Source of the DNA: Alphaproteobacteria bacterium
Lineage (GTDB): Bacteria; Pseudomonadota; Alphaproteobacteria; GCA-2731375
DNA length: 64,000 nucleotides
Direction: 5' to 3'
Assembly: GCA_965225945.1 (NCBI GenBank)
Contig: CBDDBZ010000027.1
Location: 64,001-128,000, forward strand
A model generated the notes under the pieces. That model ran no database searches. It was given only the letters and a program-made list of their open reading frames with translations, and was not told the origin of the DNA. Shown one piece after another: positions 59,049-64,000 of the stretch; the first letter of the stretch is position 1, and each line of letters starts with the position of its first letter. Both the position numbers and the translations under genes were made by a program.

Positions 59049-60329
59049 ATGGGGCCGACGGTACGCGATGCTTGGCGCGCCCTCTGGCCTTCGCTGGGCT
59101 TGCTGGCGCTCGCCGCCGGGGTTGCGCTCGGCGCGGCGGGCGAGCTGTTCGCCGTGCCCGCGATCCCGACCTTCCTGCCCCTCGCCATCGCCGCTGGCGC
59201 CGCGCTGCTCGCCATTTGGCTCGGCCGTTTCAACGTCGTCCTGACGCTCGCCGCCGTTGCCGCGGCGTTCGTCGCGCTCGACGCCAACCTGCCGGCCGCG
59301 CCCGGAGCCGACGCCCATGGCCGCATCCTCTATCCCGCGCTGGCGCTCCTCCTGCCACTGGATATCGCGCTCTTCGCCGTCGCGCGGGAGCGCGGCATCC
59401 TGACGCCCCGGGGTCTCGCCAAGGCGGGATTTCTGATCCTTCAGATCGTGGGGGTCGCGGGCTTGGTCTGGGCCGCCACGCCCGAGCTCGAGGCGGCGGC
59501 CGACGCCTGGCTCCACGCCCGCCCGCTGCCGCGCGAGGCCGACCTGTGGACCCATCTGCCGCAGCCGGCCCTGCTGGTCTATCTGCTTGCCTCGATCGTA
59601 TTGCTCGCGCTGCTTGCCTCGATCGTATTGCTCGCGCGGCTGTGGCGAAGCGGCTCGCCGCTCGATGCGGGCGCGCTCTCGGGCCTGGTGGCCACGGCAT
59701 GGGCCCTCCACGCGGTTGCCGATCCCCTCCTGCGCGACCTGCTGGCGACGACGGCGCTCGCCGCCCTCGCCCTCGGCCTCGTCCAGGAGAGCCATCGCTT
59801 GGCCTTCGTCGACGAATTGACCGGCCTTCCCGGCCGCCGCGCCCTGGAGGCGGCGCTCGCCAAGGCCGGCCGGCGCTACGCCGTGGCGATGGTCGACATC
59901 GACCACTTCAAGCGCTTCAACGACAGGCACGGCCACGACGTCGGCGACCAGGTGCTGCGCCTGGTGGCGAGCCGGTTGGCCGGCGTCGGCGGCGGTGGGC
60001 GGGCCTATCGCTACGGTGGCGAGGAGTTCACGATCCTCTTTCCCGGCCGCTCGGCGGAGAGCTGCGTCGGCCTCCTGGAGCGGTGCCGCGAGGCGGTGGC
60101 GGCGGCCGAGTTCCGCACGCGCGGCAAGGGCCGGCCGGCGAAGCCGCCCAAGGCGGGCCGGCCGAGGCGCAAGGCCGACGGCGCGCGGCTCTCGGTCACC
60201 GTCTCCATGGGCCTCGCCGAGCGGGGCGCCGACGGCGGACACGTGGAGGCGGTGCTGAAGGCCGCGGACCAGGCCCTCTACCGGGCGAAGCAGGCCGGGC
60301 GCGACCGTCTGGCCCGCGCCAGAGCTTGA
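59049..60329 (+). CDS. Membrane-bound diguanylate cyclase
   Basis: Multiple TM segments; DELTGLPGRR, DIDHFKRFND.HGH..GD, RYGGEEF. Confidence 0.93.
   Translation: MGPTVRDAWRALWPSLGLLALAAGVALGAAGELFAVPAIPTFLPLAIAAGAALLAIWLGRFNVVLTLAAVAAAFVALDANLPAAPGADAHGRILYPALALLLPLDIALFAVARERGILTPRGLAKAGFLILQIVGVAGLVWAATPELEAAADAWLHARPLPREADLWTHLPQPALLVYLLASIVLLALLASIVLLARLWRSGSPLDAGALSGLVATAWALHAVADPLLRDLLATTALAALALGLVQESHRLAFVDELTGLPGRRALEAALAKAGRRYAVAMVDIDHFKRFNDRHGHDVGDQVLRLVASRLAGVGGGGRAYRYGGEEFTILFPGRSAESCVGLLERCREAVAAAEFRTRGKGRPAKPPKAGRPRRKADGARLSVTVSMGLAERGADGGHVEAVLKAADQALYRAKQAGRDRLARARA
59583..59636 (+). repeat. Exact 27-bp in-frame tandem duplication
   Basis: CTGCTTGCCTCGATCGTATTGCTCGCG x2 (LLASIVLLA x2). 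Confidence 0.92.
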
Positions 60330-60404
60330 TCGAATGGCCATTCGAATGGCGTTCGTGTTACCAAGGTCCACACGCGGCGGCGGGCGATGAAAGGGGAGGA
60401 ATCG

Positions 60405-61190
60405 ATGGCGGTATTGGGCGAAATTGCGGACCTCGGTGTCGAAATCGAGGACAATATCGCGATGGTGGAGATCAAGCGGCCGCCCTTCAACTACTTCGAC
60501 ATGGCGCTGATCCGCGGCCTCGCCGACGCCTTCGAGGCGCTGGACCAGCGGGACGACTGCCGCGCCATCGTGCTCTGCGCCGAGGGCAAGGCGTTCTGCG
60601 CCGGCGCCAACTTCGGCGACGGCTCGCGCGATAGGGCCAAGGCCGATCGCCAGCCGGATCATCTCTATATCGAGGCGGTGCGGCTGTTCCGCTGCAAGCT
60701 GCCGGTGGTGGGCGCGATCCAGGGGGCCTCGGTCGGCGGCGGGCTCGGCCTGGCGCTGGTGCCCGACTTCCGCGTCGCCTGTCCGGAAGCACGCTTCTCC
60801 GCCAACTTCACCCGGCTCGGCTTCCATCCGGGCTTCGGCCTGACGGCGACGCTGCCGCGCGTCATCGGCCCGACCAAGGCGGCGATGATGTTTTACACCA
60901 GCCGCCGCATCAAGGGCGAGGAGGCCTACCAAATGGGCCTCGCCGACATGCTGGTCGCCCGAGACGAGCTGCGCGGATGCGCGATCGAGCTGGCCCGCGA
61001 GATCACCCATTGCTCGCCCTTGGGCGTCGCCGAGACCCGCGCGACCATGCGCCAGGGCTTGGCCGACGCGGTCGAGGCGGCGACCGACCACGAGCTGGAG
61101 ATCCAGAACCGCCTGCGCGAGACCGACGATTTCGCCGAGGGCATCGCTGCGATGGCGGCCCGGCGGATCCCCAACTTCCAGGGCCGCTGA
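60405..61190 (+). CDS. Enoyl-CoA hydratase/isomerase
   Basis: AFCAGA, VGGGLGLAL, GFHPGFG, DFAEGI. Confidence 0.93.
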   Translation: MAVLGEIADLGVEIEDNIAMVEIKRPPFNYFDMALIRGLADAFEALDQRDDCRAIVLCAEGKAFCAGANFGDGSRDRAKADRQPDHLYIEAVRLFRCKLPVVGAIQGASVGGGLGLALVPDFRVACPEARFSANFTRLGFHPGFGLTATLPRVIGPTKAAMMFYTSRRIKGEEAYQMGLADMLVARDELRGCAIELAREITHCSPLGVAETRATMRQGLADAVEAATDHELEIQNRLRETDDFAEGIAAMAARRIPNFQGR

Positions 61191-61203
61191 GCGCGCCGCC
61201 GCC

Positions 61204-62259
61204 ATGAGCGAGATGCGCGAGATCATCCTCGACACCACGGCTCGGATCTTCACCGACCTGGGGGCGCCCCAGGAGATCATCCTCGCCGGCGACGACGGCT
61301 GGAAGGCGCCGCTCTGGTCGGCGCTGGAGGAAGCGGGCCTCACCCGCGCCTGGCTTCCGGAGGAGGACGGCGGCGCCGGCCTTTCGGTCACCGACAGCTT
61401 CGCCATCCTGCGCGTCGCCGGCCGCTTCGCCGTCGCTGTCCCGCTCGCCGAAACGCTGCTGGCCGCGCGTCTACTGTCGGCCTCCGGTTTGGCGGTGCCG
61501 CTGGGCGCGATCGCCCTGGTCGCGCCCGAGGGGGGCGCGCCGCCGCGGCTAACTAACGCCACACTCGACGGCGAGGCCGATGGCGTCGCCTTCGCCCGGG
61601 AGGCCGAGCATTTGGCGCTCTTCGGGAATGGCGAGGAGGGTCCGATGGTCGCCCTCGTCGCGGCCGCCGATTGCACAATTCGCGCGGCCGACGGGATCGC
61701 CGGCGAAGCATCGGACGCCGTCGCCTTCGATGGCCTACCCGTGCTGGCGAGCGCGCCGGCGGGAATGACGGAAGAGGCAATGCGTCGCCTGGGCGCGGTG
61801 GTCCGGGCGACGCAGATGGCCGGCGCGCTCGAGGGGTTGCTGGAGATCTCCGTCGGCTACGCCCAGGAACGGGTGGCCTTCGGCCGGCCGATCGGCAAAT
61901 TCCAGGCGGTGCAACACCTCCTCGCCCGCCTGGCCGAGGAGACGGCGGCGGCCGTCGCGGCGGTGAGCTCGGCGGCGCTCGCGCTGGAGACCCTGCCCCT
62001 CGACGGCGAGGCCGTCTTCATCGAGGCGGCGACGGCCAAGATCCGCGCCGGCGAGGCGGCCCGCGAGGGCGCGATGATCGCCCATCAGGTGCACGGCGCC
62101 ATCGGCTTCACCGCCGAATATCCGCTGCACCGTTTCGTCCAACGGCTGTGGAGTTGGCGCGACGACTTCGGCCAGGAAGCGCAATGGGCGCTGCGGCTCG
62201 GCCGCCGCGCCGCCGCCCACGGGTCGCGTGGCTTCTGGCCCGCCATCACCGCCGCCTGA
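61204..62259 (+). CDS. Acyl-CoA dehydrogenase-family subunit
   Basis: YAQERVAFGRPIGKFQAVQH, HQVHGAIGFT. Confidence 0.92.
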   Translation: MSEMREIILDTTARIFTDLGAPQEIILAGDDGWKAPLWSALEEAGLTRAWLPEEDGGAGLSVTDSFAILRVAGRFAVAVPLAETLLAARLLSASGLAVPLGAIALVAPEGGAPPRLTNATLDGEADGVAFAREAEHLALFGNGEEGPMVALVAAADCTIRAADGIAGEASDAVAFDGLPVLASAPAGMTEEAMRRLGAVVRATQMAGALEGLLEISVGYAQERVAFGRPIGKFQAVQHLLARLAEETAAAVAAVSSAALALETLPLDGEAVFIEAATAKIRAGEAAREGAMIAHQVHGAIGFTAEYPLHRFVQRLWSWRDDFGQEAQWALRLGRRAAAHGSRGFWPAITAA

Positions 62260-62271
62260 GGGGACCGAGAG

Positions 62272-63417
62272 ATGTCGTATTCGATCGAGTTCGATCCGAT
62301 CCGCCTGCCGCCGGAGGCCGAATCGCTCAGGGGCGAGGTGCGTGATTTCCTGGACCGGGAACGCGACCAGGGCACGCTCGGCGCCGACGAGGGCTTCGAT
62401 CGCGAGTTCTCCAAGCGCGTCGGCGCCAAGGGCTGGATCGGCATCACCTGGCCCAAGGAATACGGCGGACAGGACCGAAGCCACCTGGAGCGTTACGTGA
62501 TCAACGAGGAATTCCTGGTCTCCGGCGCGCCCACCCGAGCCCACTTCACCGCCGACCGGCAAAGCGGCCTGGTGCTGATCAAATACGCCAACGAAGCGAT
62601 CAAGCAGGACATCCTGCCCCGGATCACGGCCGGCGAAATGACCTTCTGTATCGGCATGAGCGAGCCGGATTCGGGCTCCGATCTGTTCGCCGCGAAGACC
62701 GCGGCGGTGCGCACCAACGAGGGCTGGCGGATCAACGGCCGCAAGCTCTGGACCTCGAACGCGCACCGCTCGGACTATATGATCGGGCTCTTCCGCACCT
62801 CGCCCGCGACACCCGAGAACCGGCGCCATGGCCTGACCCAGTTCCTGGTCGACCTGAGCTTGCCGGGCATCACCTTGCGCCCCGTCCTGCATCCGAACGG
62901 CAACCACGAATTCAACGAGGTCACCTTCGACGACCTGGTGATCCCGCACGATCACCTCCTCGGCGAGGTCGACATGGCCTGGAAGCAGGCGACCAGCGAG
63001 CTCGCCTACGAGCGCTCGGGCCCGGAGCGGTTTCTCGAGACCTTCTCCGTCCTGCTCGAGCTGATCGACGTGCTGGGAACGGACCCCGAGCCGCGCGCGG
63101 CGGAGGGGCTCGGCCGCCTCGTCGCTCAGCTCTTCACCATGCGGCGGATGTCGATCTCCGTCGCCGGCATGCTGCACGCCGGCAAGGAGCCGGTGCTGGA
63201 AGCCTCGATCGTCAAGGACCTGGGCACGGTCTGGGAGCAGAAGCTGCCCGACGTCTGCCGCGATCTCGCGGCCTTCGCTGAAGCCGACCCGCTGGCCTGG
63301 GTCCGCTTCCAGGAGGTGCTGATCCGCAACCAGATCATCGCGCCCAAGTTGACGATTCAAGGCGGCACGACGGAGATCCTGCGCGGCATCGTCGCCCGGG
63401 GCCTCGGCCTCCGCTGA
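62272..63417 (+). CDS. Acyl-CoA dehydrogenase
   Basis: IGMSEPDSGSDL, INGRKLWTS, FNEVTFD, TIQGGTTEILR. Confidence 0.94.
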   Translation: MSYSIEFDPIRLPPEAESLRGEVRDFLDRERDQGTLGADEGFDREFSKRVGAKGWIGITWPKEYGGQDRSHLERYVINEEFLVSGAPTRAHFTADRQSGLVLIKYANEAIKQDILPRITAGEMTFCIGMSEPDSGSDLFAAKTAAVRTNEGWRINGRKLWTSNAHRSDYMIGLFRTSPATPENRRHGLTQFLVDLSLPGITLRPVLHPNGNHEFNEVTFDDLVIPHDHLLGEVDMAWKQATSELAYERSGPERFLETFSVLLELIDVLGTDPEPRAAEGLGRLVAQLFTMRRMSISVAGMLHAGKEPVLEASIVKDLGTVWEQKLPDVCRDLAAFAEADPLAWVRFQEVLIRNQIIAPKLTIQGGTTEILRGIVARGLGLR

Positions 63418-63433
63418 GCGGCGGGGCCCGGGA

Positions 63434-64000
63434 ATGGAGGCGACGGAGGAGGCGAGCCGGGCCGTGCCCGATCTCCGGCCGCTGTTCTGGCCCAAGAGCG
63501 TGGCGGTGATCGGCGCCTCGGAAAAGGCCGAGGGCCTGCGCAGCCGGATCATGGAGGTGATGCGGCTGCACGACTTCGCCGGCGCCATCTATCCGGTGAG
63601 CCGCGGCGAGGCCGAAGTCTTCGGCCTCCGCGCCTATCCAACCATCGCCGAGGTGCCGGGGCCGGTCGACCTGGCCATCATCATCATCCCCGCGCCGCAC
63701 GTGCCCAAGACCCTGGCGGAATGCGGCGAAGCGGGCGTGCGCGCGGTACAGATCATCACCTCCGGCTTCGCGGAGGAAGTGGGCGGCGCCGGCGCGGACA
63801 TGCAGCGTGAGATCCGCGCCATCGCACAAGCCCACGCCATGGTCGTCGTCGGGCCAAATTCGGAAGGCTTCGCCAACACCCGCTCGAAGCTCTGCCCCAC
63901 CTTCTCGCCGGCGGTGGAGGTCGAGGACGGCGAAACACTGCTGCCACCGGAGGCGACGGACGGCCTGATCGGCGTCGTCGCCCAGAGCGGCGGCATCGGT
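63434..64000 (+). CDS. Acetate/acyl-CoA ligase (ADP-forming) family, N-terminal part (runs off the right edge)
   Basis: Manual translation: LFWPKSVAVIGAS...PVDLAII...ITSGFAE...VVGPNSEG...GVVAQSGGI. Confidence 0.88.
   Translation, partial: MEATEEASRAVPDLRPLFWPKSVAVIGASEKAEGLRSRIMEVMRLHDFAGAIYPVSRGEAEVFGLRAYPTIAEVPGPVDLAIIIIPAPHVPKTLAECGEAGVRAVQIITSGFAEEVGGAGADMQREIRAIAQAHAMVVVGPNSEGFANTRSKLCPTFSPAVEVEDGETLLPPEATDGLIGVVAQSGGIG

Noticed and set aside
1-64000. tRNA or rRNA genes
   Set aside because: No cloverleaf or rRNA signature recognised by eye; a tRNAscan/Infernal run would be needed to exclude them.

Overview
GC-rich bacterial window, probably alphaproteobacterial judging by gene content. 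It holds metabolic genes (a complete F420 biosynthesis cluster, acyl-CoA metabolism, MetY, aminotransferases, a T1SS plus CHASE2 cyclase) overlaid with many mobile elements (IS21, two IS66, two IS1595, IS3/IS481-like, IS256, IS630, ISAs1) and many broken genes. Main observations: (1) In the first 8 kb, three ~60-bp hairpin repeats (AAAAGGGGTCATT...AATGACCCCTTTT) separate small accessory genes. One repeat is the target of stacked insertions, including an IS66 element that carries a translationally coupled DNA adenine methyltransferase inside its ends. (2) A 755-bp transposase-less element occurs twice, with 43-bp perfect inverted repeats containing an NrdR-box-like palindrome, 8-bp target duplications and a cargo gene for a leucine-rich-repeat-variant-like protein. 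(3) An AhpD-like selenoprotein (CFYU, in-frame UGA plus SECIS-like hairpin) is split in two by the ORF track. All family assignments come from motif recognition by eye; no database searches were run.
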